Under the pieces are notes generated by a model that had not been told where the DNA came from, searched no databases, and was given only the letters and a program-made list of their open reading frames with translations. This document shows, one piece after another, positions 20,939 to 30,294 of a stretch of 64,000 nt of DNA. The stretch covers positions 1,536,001-1,600,000 of the forward strand of contig CBDDIJ010000002.1 in the NCBI GenBank assembly GCA_965228855.1, in the 5' to 3' direction. Origin of the DNA: Candidatus Obscuribacterales bacterium. Its GTDB lineage: Bacteria; Cyanobacteriota; Vampirovibrionia; Obscuribacterales; Obscuribacteraceae. Within the stretch, counting starts at the first letter, position 1. Each line of letters begins with the position of its first letter. A program made the position numbers and the translations under genes.

Positions 20939-21754
20939 GTGAGCACACAGCGCAAAACCATCATCGCCGGCAACTGGAAGATGAATAAGACCATGGGTGA
21001 AGGCAAGGAATTGGTATCGGCTATCGCGGCTGCAACCAAAGGCAAAGTCGATCTTCCTGAAGTCGTAGTCTGCCCGCCATTCACCTTAATTCACGAAGTC
21101 GCCGAAGCGGCCAAAGGAAGCGCAGTCAAGGTCGGCGCTCAAAATATGGATTATCGTGATGAAGGCGCCTACACCGGCGAAGTATCGCCCGTCATGCTCA
21201 CCAAGCTTGGCGTCACTCACGTCATCATCGGGCATTCGGAGCGCCGCCAGTTCTTCGGTGAAACGAACGGAACAGTCAACCTCAGGCTCAAAGCGGCTCT
21301 CAAGCACAACCTCGTCCCGATCGTCTGTGTGGGTGAGACTCTTGACGAGCGCGAGGAAGGGCTCACGGATGCCGTCATCAGAAGGCAAACAGCTGCGTCT
21401 CTTGCCGACATCGACGAGACCGACCTCGAGACGATTGTCTACGCCTACGAACCGGTGTGGGCGATCGGAACAGGCAAGACTTGCGAGGCTGCTGAAGCAG
21501 ATCGCGTGTGTGCCTTAATCCGCGCGACCGTCAACGAGTTCTACAGCAAAGGTGAAGGACCGAAATCAAGTGCTGCCGATCAAATTCCGGTTCTGTACGG
21601 CGGCAGTGTTAAACCGTCCAACATTGCCGAACAGCTCGCTCTTCCGAACATCGACGGCTCGCTCGTCGGCGGAGCCAGTTTGACAGCTCCGGATTTCGTT
21701 GCGCTAATTGAAGCAGGCAGCAAGCGCGTCAAACTGACGCCCTCTGGCGCCTAG
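20939..21754 (+). CDS. tpiA: triosephosphate isomerase
   Basis: [38 protein letters not shown]. Confidence 0.98.
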   Translation: MSTQRKTIIAGNWKMNKTMGEGKELVSAIAAATKGKVDLPEVVVCPPFTLIHEVAEAAKGSAVKVGAQNMDYRDEGAYTGEVSPVMLTKLGVTHVIIGHSERRQFFGETNGTVNLRLKAALKHNLVPIVCVGETLDEREEGLTDAVIRRQTAASLADIDETDLETIVYAYEPVWAIGTGKTCEAAEADRVCALIRATVNEFYSKGEGPKSSAADQIPVLYGGSVKPSNIAEQLALPNIDGSLVGGASLTAPDFVALIEAGSKRVKLTPSGA

Positions 21755-21840
21755 AGACTTCCGCTACGCAAAATGAGCCTTTACTTACCTGTAAGCAGAT
21801 CGCTCGATTCGTTTATAATGCGTAGCTGACCACTGAACAT

Positions 21841-21925
21841 GGAGAGGTGTCAGAGTGGTCTATCGTGCAGTCCTGGAAAGACTGTCTGCTGAAAGGCAGC
21901 GAGGGTTCGAATCCCTCCCTCTCCG
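21841..21925 (+). tRNA. tRNA-Ser(GGA)
   Basis: GGAGAGG acceptor stem, anticodon loop CT-GGA-AA, long variable arm, GGTTCGAATCC; CCA not encoded; TATAAT at 21814-21819. Confidence 0.96.
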
Positions 21926-22102
21926 GTTATTCCCAGGCGGCTCGAAGGGTTTCCTTCCAGCAGTCTAATAAAAGTGGTGCGAACCAGCCAAAGCAGCAAG
22001 TCTATGCCCGGCGGGCTTTTATAGGCTAGCGTTTGGAAGCAGAGGAGGCGCAGCCTGCGAAGCTAAAGAAGAGCGTAGGAGGCCCAGCCGGCGGAGACTG
22101 TA

Positions 22103-23191
22103 ATGGACCAGTTTACTGACAAACTCGATGAAATTGAGCAGACGTTCCTCCAGCTGGAGGCACAGATGGCTGATCCTGCGGTCATGGCCGACCAGGCTAA
22201 ACTGACCTCGCTGGCCCGCACGCGCAGCGGTATGCTTCCGACAATCGAGGCGTATCGTGAATTTCGCGAAACCAACGAGCAGATAGCTGAAGCTCAAGAG
22301 TTGCTCAAAGGCAAGATTTCGGACGACGAGCGTGCTTATTATCAATCTGAGTTGGAAACGGGTCGTGCTCGCGTCGAGGAGCTGGCTGAGAAGCTGAAGA
22401 TCTTGCTCTTGCCGCGCGATCCCAACGACGAGAAGGACATCATGGTCGAGGTCCGTGCCGGCGCAGGAGGCGATGAAGCCTCGCTCTTCGCTGGTGATTT
22501 GTTCAATATGTACACTCGCTACGCCAACCGCCTGAAGTGGACCTGGACAGTGGAAAGCAGCCACGAAGGCGAAGTCGGCGGCTTCAAAGAAGTTATTTTC
22601 AGTATCAAAGCGGACGGCGCATACAGTAAGTTCAAATTCGAATCCGGTGTCCATCGGGTTCAACGCGTTCCGGAAACAGAAGCTTCAGGTCGCGTTCACA
22701 CATCTACCGCTACCGTCGCCGTCATGCCGGAAGCCGAAGAAGTAGATGTGGAGCTCAATGAGAATGACCTTGATATTTCAACAATGAGATCGGGTGGCGC
22801 TGGCGGTCAGAACGTCAACAAGGTGGAAACCGCTGTGCGTATCGTTCACAAACCGACGGGAATACAGGTTGCTTGCTCGGAAGAGCGAAGCCAGTTGCAG
22901 AACAAAGAGCGCGCCAAGCAGATCTTGCGGAACAAGCTCTATAAAATCAAACTGGAAGAACAGCAGAAAGCAATTTACGATCAGCGTAAATCTCAGGTTG
23001 GAACCGGCGATCGCTCCGAGAAAATCCGGACGTACAACTTCAAGGATAATCGCGTGACCGATCACAGATTGAATCAGAACTTCTCTCTTATCAAAGTTCT
23101 CGAAGGAGATCTGGACGACATGATTCAGGCGAGCACCATTGAAGAGCAGCAACAGAAGCTGCTCGAAGCAACGGGTTTGGCGTCTAGTTAG
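22103..23191 (+). CDS. prfA: peptide chain release factor 1
   Basis: GGQ motif, PxT (RVPETE) specificity motif, followed by prmC. Confidence 0.97.
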   Translation: MDQFTDKLDEIEQTFLQLEAQMADPAVMADQAKLTSLARTRSGMLPTIEAYREFRETNEQIAEAQELLKGKISDDERAYYQSELETGRARVEELAEKLKILLLPRDPNDEKDIMVEVRAGAGGDEASLFAGDLFNMYTRYANRLKWTWTVESSHEGEVGGFKEVIFSIKADGAYSKFKFESGVHRVQRVPETEASGRVHTSTATVAVMPEAEEVDVELNENDLDISTMRSGGAGGQNVNKVETAVRIVHKPTGIQVACSEERSQLQNKERAKQILRNKLYKIKLEEQQKAIYDQRKSQVGTGDRSEKIRTYNFKDNRVTDHRLNQNFSLIKVLEGDLDDMIQASTIEEQQQKLLEATGLASS

Positions 23192-23215
23192 CTGACCAAC
23201 GATTTGTCGAAGTCC

Positions 23216-24112
23216 ATGAAGAAGATTCGATTTAATCGCGAACAATCATTTGAAACAGTGAAGAAGCTGGTCTGTGAGAACCTGGTTTCCTTCGGCATCG
23301 AAGCGGAGGAGGCCGCAGCGGAACTCGATATCATGATCGAGTTTCTCACAGGCTTGCGCCGATCGCAGATCATGCTCGGAGCCAACGTCGAACTGAACGA
23401 AGAGCAGCTTGTTCAGCTAGATTCCTTTGTTGATAAACGTGAGCAGCGCATCCCGATTCAATACATTCTGGAAGAAACTTACTTCATGGGTCTGCGGCTG
23501 AAGGTCAGGCAGGGTGTGTTTATTCCCAGACCGGATACCGAGACGCTTGTTGAGGTTTCACTCGCCAAGCTCAAACAATTGTATGAACAGGAAAGGATTT
23601 GGATGCTGGAAATAGGCTCTGGAAGCGGCGCTATACCGGTTTCACTCCTGAAGAATTTGCCGAACCTTCGAGCTGTTTCGCTTGATGTGAATAAACTGGC
23701 GCTCGCTGTATCGCGTGAGAATGCGGTTCTCCATGAGGTCGATTGGCGGTTGGAGCTGGTTCATGAATCGCAATGGTGGAAGATCGGCAGGAAGTTCCAA
23801 GCCCTGATTACAAACCCACCCTACATTCCCAGGCATCAGCAAGCTACGTTGCAGCCCGAGGTTGGATTGCACGAGCCGGAATTGGCATTGTTCGGAACCG
23901 ATGATGATGGGCTCGGGTTCTACCGTCAGATCTGCGCGCACGCAGAAGATGTAGTGGTGACCGGTGGATTGATAGCCGTCGAAGTCGGTGATGACCAGGG
24001 CGAACCAGTGCGACAACTGTTCTGCGATGCGGGCTTTGCGGCAGTGCAAACTCATAAGGATTTGAATGGAATCGTTAGAGTTGTATCCGCCCTGATCGCC
24101 GCACGAGAATAA
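23216..24112 (+). CDS. prmC: release factor glutamine methyltransferase
   Basis: PIQYI, IPRPDTE, EIGSGSG, NPPY; adjacent to prfA. Confidence 0.95.
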   Translation: MKKIRFNREQSFETVKKLVCENLVSFGIEAEEAAAELDIMIEFLTGLRRSQIMLGANVELNEEQLVQLDSFVDKREQRIPIQYILEETYFMGLRLKVRQGVFIPRPDTETLVEVSLAKLKQLYEQERIWMLEIGSGSGAIPVSLLKNLPNLRAVSLDVNKLALAVSRENAVLHEVDWRLELVHESQWWKIGRKFQALITNPPYIPRHQQATLQPEVGLHEPELALFGTDDDGLGFYRQICAHAEDVVVTGGLIAVEVGDDQGEPVRQLFCDAGFAAVQTHKDLNGIVRVVSALIAARE

Positions 24113-24328
24113 GAGCCCGGGCGGCTTCGGTATCATCACTTACCAGTGTGCCACCATGAATTGCTGTGAGAAATATATGTGCAAGTGTGGGCGTCAGGAG
24201 TCCTCGTGGTGAGGATTGGCGCTATCGGAATGCGTCATGGAGTATACAGAAGTGGTGGCATGATGCATCTTGTCAATGCTGAGCTTGCTGTTAGAATGGG
24301 ATAATGAGCCTGTTTTTGAGGACCCTCA

Positions 24329-25204
24329 ATGAAGGATGGAATTTTAAAGGCTATATCCACAGATGGTAGGGTCCGAGCGGTCATCGCCAGCACGACCCAG
24401 ACGGTGGAGACTGCACGACAGAAGCACGGTCTATCTTATACGGCAACAGCCGCGCTCGGCAGAGCAATGACCGCCGGCATTCTGCTCGCTCGCATCGTGT
24501 TGCGAGAGGGGCAGGTCACCATGAAGTTTCACGGCAACGGCCCGCTCGGAAGGGTATTCGTTGACGCTTCGCCGAAAGGCACAGTCAGAGGTTTTGTCGA
24601 TAATCCCCAGGTCGAGTTGCCGTTAAACTCCCTGGGGAATTTTGATGTTGGGGGTGCAATCGGCACCAACGGCTACTTGCACGTCAACGTCGATCATGGT
24701 TTCGGTCTACCGTATAGCTCCACAGTAGAACTGGCCAGCGGAGAGGTCGGTGAGGACGTCAATCGCTATCTGGTCAATTCCGATCAAGCCGGGTCGATCG
24801 TCGTAGTCGGCACTCATCTTTCCAAGAGCGGCGTCGAGGCTTCGGGCGGTTTAATCGTGCAACTTTTGCCCGACCATACCGAGGAAACAATCTGTCAGAT
24901 CGAAAATAACATCACGACCTTTGGAACTTTTACTTTTCTCATGCGGCGCGGGATGAGTTTGGAAAATATTCTCAAGCGGATTCTGAGCGGCTTCGAAATC
25001 ACAACTTTGACCGAAGAGGAGCCGGTCTCATTTTATTGCCAGTGCAACAAAGAGCGCTTCGTGGAAGCGCTCAAACTCTTCTCGAAAACCGACCTGTTGT
25101 CGATGGCGGAAGAGGATGGCCAGGCTGAAGGCCGATGCCATTTTTGCAATGAATACTATTACGTCAGCAAGGACAGGTTGCTGGACCTGGCCAAGAGTAG
25201 GTAG
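24329..25204 (+). CDS. hslO: Hsp33 redox-regulated chaperone
   Basis: ALGRAMTA, SGEVGED, GGLIVQLLP, CxC...CxxC zinc centre (CQC...CHFC). Confidence 0.95.
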   Translation: MKDGILKAISTDGRVRAVIASTTQTVETARQKHGLSYTATAALGRAMTAGILLARIVLREGQVTMKFHGNGPLGRVFVDASPKGTVRGFVDNPQVELPLNSLGNFDVGGAIGTNGYLHVNVDHGFGLPYSSTVELASGEVGEDVNRYLVNSDQAGSIVVVGTHLSKSGVEASGGLIVQLLPDHTEETICQIENNITTFGTFTFLMRRGMSLENILKRILSGFEITTLTEEEPVSFYCQCNKERFVEALKLFSKTDLLSMAEEDGQAEGRCHFCNEYYYVSKDRLLDLAKSR

Positions 25205-25244
25205 GTTGAAACGGCTGAGAAGCCGTGGTGATGGCTGTCACTGA

Positions 25245-25448
25245 TTAAAGTGCGCGGGCGATTTTGCCGGCCTTCAAGCAGGAGGTGCAAACTTTCATGC
25301 GCTTAACCGTGTTGTTGATTCGAGCGCGAACGTTTTGCAGGTTGGGCAGCCAACGACGCTTGGTGTGCGGGTTCCAGTGCGAACGCAAGAAGGTATAGTT
25401 CATACCGACTTGAGGTCCTTTTCCGCATACATCACAACGCTTTGCCAT
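25245..25448 (-). CDS. rpmB: 50S ribosomal protein L28 (zinc-binding type)
   Basis: [10 protein letters not shown]...[10 protein letters not shown]...VCTSCLK. Confidence 0.93.
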   Translation of the reverse strand: MAKRCDVCGKGPQVGMNYTFLRSHWNPHTKRRWLPNLQNVRARINNTVKRMKVCTSCLKAGKIARAL

Positions 25449-25962
25449 AAGAAGCCTTCCACTTTCGATAACGTTATTACCTGCTCCCGCGGATGCGCGT
25501 AGCGCTTTTGCGGGGCTCAACAGCCTCCGTCCGATAACGCTTGACGGGACTATTGATTTAGCCGGTCCCCACCAGGCTGAATAGCCCGTGAAAATCCGAC
25601 AAAGGGTGCATTGTAGCAGTTTCCCGGATGTGCACTACACAATTATTGTCAAATGTAATGCATATACAGAACAATTAGACACAATAATCCCCCAATAAGT
25701 TAGCCAACGTGGTAGTCTAATTTTTGGGGGAAACACGATGGTTGGCGTTGTCAGGCAATCAACTTGAGTTGTTATCAAGAAGATCTGGCGCTAAAAACCC
25801 ACCGGCGTGGCTGATTAGTAATAGTTTGAAATTGATGATAAAACATCACTACTAAAGGCCTCGAAATCGTGGTATCAATTCTGTGGGTGCAGCACTGCCG
25901 CTTGATTTCTCTTCGGTAGGAAAGCAAGACGATAGTGACAAACTTAGGGATCTGTTGAATAA

Positions 25963-26541
25963 ATGGCACTCGTAAATTACGCGGCGCGAGAGATCAACTG
26001 CAAAATCGTCTACTATGGCACCGGCCTTGGTGGCAAAACTACGAATTTGAAATATATTCACAGCCAGTTGGCACCAACAACTCGCGGTGAACTTATCAGT
26101 TTGGCAACTGAAACTGAGAGAACACTTTTCTTCGACTTCTTACCACTCGATCTCGGCAGCGTTCAAGGCTTCAAGACCAGATTCTCCCTGTACACGGTTC
26201 CCGGTCAGGTTGAATATAACGCCAGCCGTAAGCTGATTCTGAACGGTGTGGACGGCATCATCTTCGTTGCCGACTCCGACGTAATGCGTAGCAAGGACAA
26301 CGTTGATTCGCTCCAGAACATGATTGAAAACCTTGCCGAGTATAGTTTGACCCTGGACAACATTCCGTGGGTTCTACAGTACAACAAGCGCGATTTGGCG
26401 AATGCTATGCCGATCGAGCGTATGGAGCGCGAGCTCAACCAGCGCCAGGTTCCTAGTTTCGAAGCGGTCGCTTCCGAAGGTCTCGGCGTTTTCGCTACGT
26501 TGAAAGCAATTTCGAAGTTGATTCTCAACAGACTTCAGTAG
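25963..26541 (+). CDS. mglA: MglA-family small Ras-like GTPase
   Basis: [49 protein letters not shown], closely matching Myxococcus MglA motifs. Confidence 0.95.
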   Translation: MALVNYAAREINCKIVYYGTGLGGKTTNLKYIHSQLAPTTRGELISLATETERTLFFDFLPLDLGSVQGFKTRFSLYTVPGQVEYNASRKLILNGVDGIIFVADSDVMRSKDNVDSLQNMIENLAEYSLTLDNIPWVLQYNKRDLANAMPIERMERELNQRQVPSFEAVASEGLGVFATLKAISKLILNRLQ

Positions 26542-26637
26542 CGCACGTTTTTAGTTTCGAAAAAGCAATCTGCGCTGAAAGTTTTTCAAGCGCAAGGTCG
26601 GTTTGGGCGCGAGTGTATTTTTCGTGTGGAGAACGGT

Positions 26638-26755
26638 TCGTTCGTTTTACCCGATCGTTAGTTCGCCCCGATCGTTCGTTCACCCCGATTGTTCGTTCAT
26701 CCCGAGCGTTCGTTCATCCCGAGCATTCGTTCACCCCGATCGTCGTTCACCCCGA
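26638..26755. repeat. tandem repeat, 7 copies of about 17 bp (TCGTTCGTTCACCCCGA)
   Basis: Units start at 26638, 26655, 26672, 26689, 26706, 26723 and 26740; no spacers. Confidence 0.92.
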
Positions 26756-26757
26756 GT

Positions 26758-29091
26758 TCATTTTTTTCCGGGATCCAGCTCGTGAAGGTCATCAAGTTGC
26801 AAGGCGGTGGCCGCTTCCGAAATGGCTTTCGTGTGTGTCGGTCGCTCGCCCCATCCCTTGACTATTTTGATGACAAGATTGGGATTTTGCTTTTCCAACC
26901 AGGCGCGACCTTTATCTGAAATTGCCGTTTGTATTCCGGTTCTCAGCACCACAAGGTTTGGTAGCTTGGCCAGAAGCGGCAGTGATTTATCGGTTACGTT
27001 GGGATTGTGCGCAAGGTTTAGTTTGCGCAAATGCTTTTGATGCGACAGATAAGCCACTCCTTTATCAGAAACATTGCAGTCTTCAAGACCGAGAGTGTCC
27101 AGGTTCTTCCCGCTGAGAATGCGTAAGCCTTCGTCTCCAATCGGATTCGAGCCGAAATCCAGCGCGTTTATGCGAGGCATTTTTACCAGCATTCTCAAGT
27201 GCTCTGGCGTGATGCGGTCGAGTGCTTCCAGATCAAGAGATTGAAGATTCGGCATTTTGTAGAGAGTCGGAAAAATGTCTCCGGTCGTGCGGGTGTGTCC
27301 CATCAAGAGCGACTGAAGATTTGGTAGTGCGTTTGACTCTTGCAGCTTTTTCAAACCCGCATTAGTAATTTTGGTGCCTCGTAAGCTCAACTTCTTGATC
27401 TGCGGAACGCCCTTCAGCGCTTCAACATCAGAGTCGCCGAATTGCGTGTCGGTGAGATCAAGCATGTAGAGTGACGACATGTTTTTCAATTCCGATAAGG
27501 CGCTCCAGTCGATTGCCGACATCTCGATCCCGCCGATTCCGAGGGTCGTCGGTCGGTACTTCATTGCGATGTCTTCGAAGGCTGCACGGTTTAGAACGCC
27601 AGAGACGAGAATGTCATTCGGTACGCGTCTCTTTTCGACTCGGTAATCAATCTTGCCGCCACCGACTACAGGTCTTTCATAACTCGGAAAGCCGGTAATA
27701 GTCTGGCTGCGCTCTTTCTGCAGGCGTTTCTCTGCTTTGGCAGCCTTGGTTTGTTCAGTTTTTGCATTCTCCTGTTGGAGATAAAAACCAATTCCAGTTG
27801 CCACCACAATAGCACTACAGGCGATGGCACCTATCAGGATTCTCGTGGATGTCGATGTCGGCTTACTGGGCTCCACTGATTCGGTATGAACGTCCTCGTC
27901 ATGAGCATATCCAAGAGCTTCGCCGACCTCTTTCATGTTTTGAAACCGATCCGCCGGTCGTTTCTTCAAACACTTTTCGATGGCGTCGAGCATATTTTGC
28001 GGGAGCTCTTGTTCCGCAATGGCGGCGACAGCAACCGGCTCTTCATTTGCATGTTTGTTCAAAACGTCGAGAGCGGTTTCGCCAAGAAAAGGCGGACGAC
28101 CGGTAAGCGATTCATATAGAACACAGCCAAGTGAGTAGATTTCCGAGCGCGCATCATACTTGTATCCACGAACCTGATCCGGCGACATATATGCTGGTGT
28201 GCCAGTAATGGTCTTGCCTGCCATCGACGTCTTCTCTTGATCCTGATCCGCCACCATGGCGATACCAAAATCGATCAGTTTGACGAAAGTCGATCCATCC
28301 TTTTTCGTATACAGTAAGATATTTTCCGGCTTCAAATCGCGATGCATAACTGAGTGATTGTGGCAGTAGACCAGGGCATCGATGAGTTGAGCAAAGACTT
28401 TATTGGCAAAGTCGACGGTGAGCGGGCCGTGATCGGCAAGCTCGAGACTTAGCGGCGTGCCCTTGCCGTACTCCAGCACCATATATGGTGACCCTTGCGG
28501 TGTTGCGCCGAAATCAAGAATTTGAACTATATTGGGGTGTTCGAGTTTGCTGAGAACCCTTGCCTCGTTTTGGAACGCCACGAGCTGCGGGCCCATCAGT
28601 GCTGAATGGAGAGTCTTCACGGCAACGCGCTTGTTCAAATTTACATCGTGACAGAGGTAGACGCTGCCGATCGCGCCCATTCCGATTCGCTTGATCGGCT
28701 GATATCGGTCGACGGGAAATGTTTCTGACCCAATGGAAAGTGATTCGTCAACTTCAAACTCTTCTTCCTCTTCCTCAAGCAAGAGCGTTTGTGCCGCCAG
28801 CGTTTCACTCGTGTCGTGGAACGCGGCCGCGCCGAACTTGCCTGACGTCGGCGTGCCGCAACTGCACAGGTCGTAGCGAAAAATAAATTGCGTGAAAGAG
28901 CCTGAGCGACCTTTGTTTATGCGCTTTCCGCATGTGCTGCACAGGTCTACTGACAGTTTCTGAGCTTCAGGATCGGGTGTAGATACGATATCGCAACGGC
29001 AGCATGTGATCCACTCGGTCATCGAGCCCGAGCCACTGGCGAACTTCGGCATCTTGCATCTTGGACAGGTTGTAGCGTTAGAAGGCGGCAT
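26758..29091 (-). CDS. transmembrane Ser/Thr kinase with Cys-rich N-terminus and LRR C-terminal domain
   Basis: IGMGAIGSVY, VAVK, HRDLKPEN, DFG, YMSPDQ; TM (ILIGAIACSAIVVATGIGFYL); LxxLxL..T.ITxxGL repeats. Confidence 0.93.
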   Translation of the reverse strand: MPPSNATTCPRCKMPKFASGSGSMTEWITCCRCDIVSTPDPEAQKLSVDLCSTCGKRINKGRSGSFTQFIFRYDLCSCGTPTSGKFGAAAFHDTSETLAAQTLLLEEEEEEFEVDESLSIGSETFPVDRYQPIKRIGMGAIGSVYLCHDVNLNKRVAVKTLHSALMGPQLVAFQNEARVLSKLEHPNIVQILDFGATPQGSPYMVLEYGKGTPLSLELADHGPLTVDFANKVFAQLIDALVYCHNHSVMHRDLKPENILLYTKKDGSTFVKLIDFGIAMVADQDQEKTSMAGKTITGTPAYMSPDQVRGYKYDARSEIYSLGCVLYESLTGRPPFLGETALDVLNKHANEEPVAVAAIAEQELPQNMLDAIEKCLKKRPADRFQNMKEVGEALGYAHDEDVHTESVEPSKPTSTSTRILIGAIACSAIVVATGIGFYLQQENAKTEQTKAAKAEKRLQKERSQTITGFPSYERPVVGGGKIDYRVEKRRVPNDILVSGVLNRAAFEDIAMKYRPTTLGIGGIEMSAIDWSALSELKNMSSLYMLDLTDTQFGDSDVEALKGVPQIKKLSLRGTKITNAGLKKLQESNALPNLQSLLMGHTRTTGDIFPTLYKMPNLQSLDLEALDRITPEHLRMLVKMPRINALDFGSNPIGDEGLRILSGKNLDTLGLEDCNVSDKGVAYLSHQKHLRKLNLAHNPNVTDKSLPLLAKLPNLVVLRTGIQTAISDKGRAWLEKQNPNLVIKIVKGWGERPTHTKAISEAATALQLDDLHELDPGKK

Positions 29092-29286
29092 AGGGTTCCA
29101 GGTTTGTCGGCGCAGAGTTGCGCTCTGACTATTATTCCCGCCTGACGCGGAAATTCGACCCTCGCGAAAACTCTTGATATTTGTCGTAAACTGAGCAGTC
29201 TGAGGGCGAAAAGGAAACCTATATGAAGAAACGCCGAAATCGCTCGCCTGCGAAGTAAAAATAGGAACAGGTTGCCTGGAGTTCGC

Positions 29287-30282
29287 ATGAAAGTTTCATT
29301 TGTAATCACTCCTGCGGTTGTTCTAGCGCTGAGCGGTTGTTTTCGCCCGGCCCTCTGTGAAGAGGAATCGCCCCTGCCGATAAGAACAGCTGACTTCTTG
29401 ACGCTGTCAGAGATTAAGCTTGAGCCGATTATTAAAACGTACTTCCCGCACGCTGAATTTCATCGAAGTGCCAATTCGCTTCATGGCGAATTCAAGGCCG
29501 CCAAGACTGTCATCATGGATGGTGTCACTAAAACCATACCACGCACTGATGGCATTGTTCTGGAGATAGATGTGAAACCCGGTCCCTACCGGAAGAAACA
29601 CATTATGCCGCTCACGACTTACGAGACTCTTTATTACTCTGTATTGTGGACATTCTGCAACGAGGCGGAAAACAAACACGTCATAGTCAAGCTGCTCTGC
29701 CCGCACGACATGCCGGTTCCCATCGCAGATGATTTGAGGGGGGATATAAACGGTTTCGTTCAAAGTATCGAATCGATATCGCCCATCGCTGTGAAACAAA
29801 TGAACGCGTCTGATTCCGGCGAAGGGTCTGCGACAACCGAGACTTCCGCGAAGGTTGTGGATGCTAAGTCGCATGGAGATTCGGATTCGACTGCCATAAG
29901 CGAGAAGTCATCGCCCAAACCCACGAAAGAATATTTCGAGAGTTGGTTCAGCAATTTTTATTCGGAACTCGAAAAGGCGAAGAAGACTGATGAGGTGACG
30001 CCGTATTTTTCAACCTCGTTTAAACTGACTAAACTTCCTCCGATAGGCGAGGCTGAAGGCGCCATGCCGGATTCTGCGGTGTTGAGTCAGGTGAGAAAGG
30101 TTTCCGCGCTTTCCAGTTGGGCGATTGAGAAGGTTCAAGCGCGCGGGGCAGAATGCGCTGATGTGGTCATTAATGGCGAAGGTTTTTCGAAGAAACCGAC
30201 ACATGCAATTTTTCGCATGGTCGCGGAAAATGGCAATTGGCGCATCGATGACGGCTGGACAAGCGCGCCGCGGGAGATTTAG
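29287..30282 (+). CDS. secreted two-domain hypothetical protein (paralogue of 36078..37532)
   Basis: Signal peptide; shares EFKAAK, TDGIV, PLTT.ETLYYS.LW and RMVAE.G.WRID with the paralogue. Confidence 0.85.
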   Translation: MKVSFVITPAVVLALSGCFRPALCEEESPLPIRTADFLTLSEIKLEPIIKTYFPHAEFHRSANSLHGEFKAAKTVIMDGVTKTIPRTDGIVLEIDVKPGPYRKKHIMPLTTYETLYYSVLWTFCNEAENKHVIVKLLCPHDMPVPIADDLRGDINGFVQSIESISPIAVKQMNASDSGEGSATTETSAKVVDAKSHGDSDSTAISEKSSPKPTKEYFESWFSNFYSELEKAKKTDEVTPYFSTSFKLTKLPPIGEAEGAMPDSAVLSQVRKVSALSSWAIEKVQARGAECADVVINGEGFSKKPTHAIFRMVAENGNWRIDDGWTSAPREI

Positions 30283-30294
30283 CGTTTGGTTCGC

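Noticed and set aside
22103..23191. prfB with programmed frameshift
   Set aside because: Continuous ORF with the RF1 PxT motif, linked to prmC
26638..26755. 17-bp array as a CRISPR array
   Set aside because: Units are contiguous with no unique spacers, too short, and no cas genes are in the window
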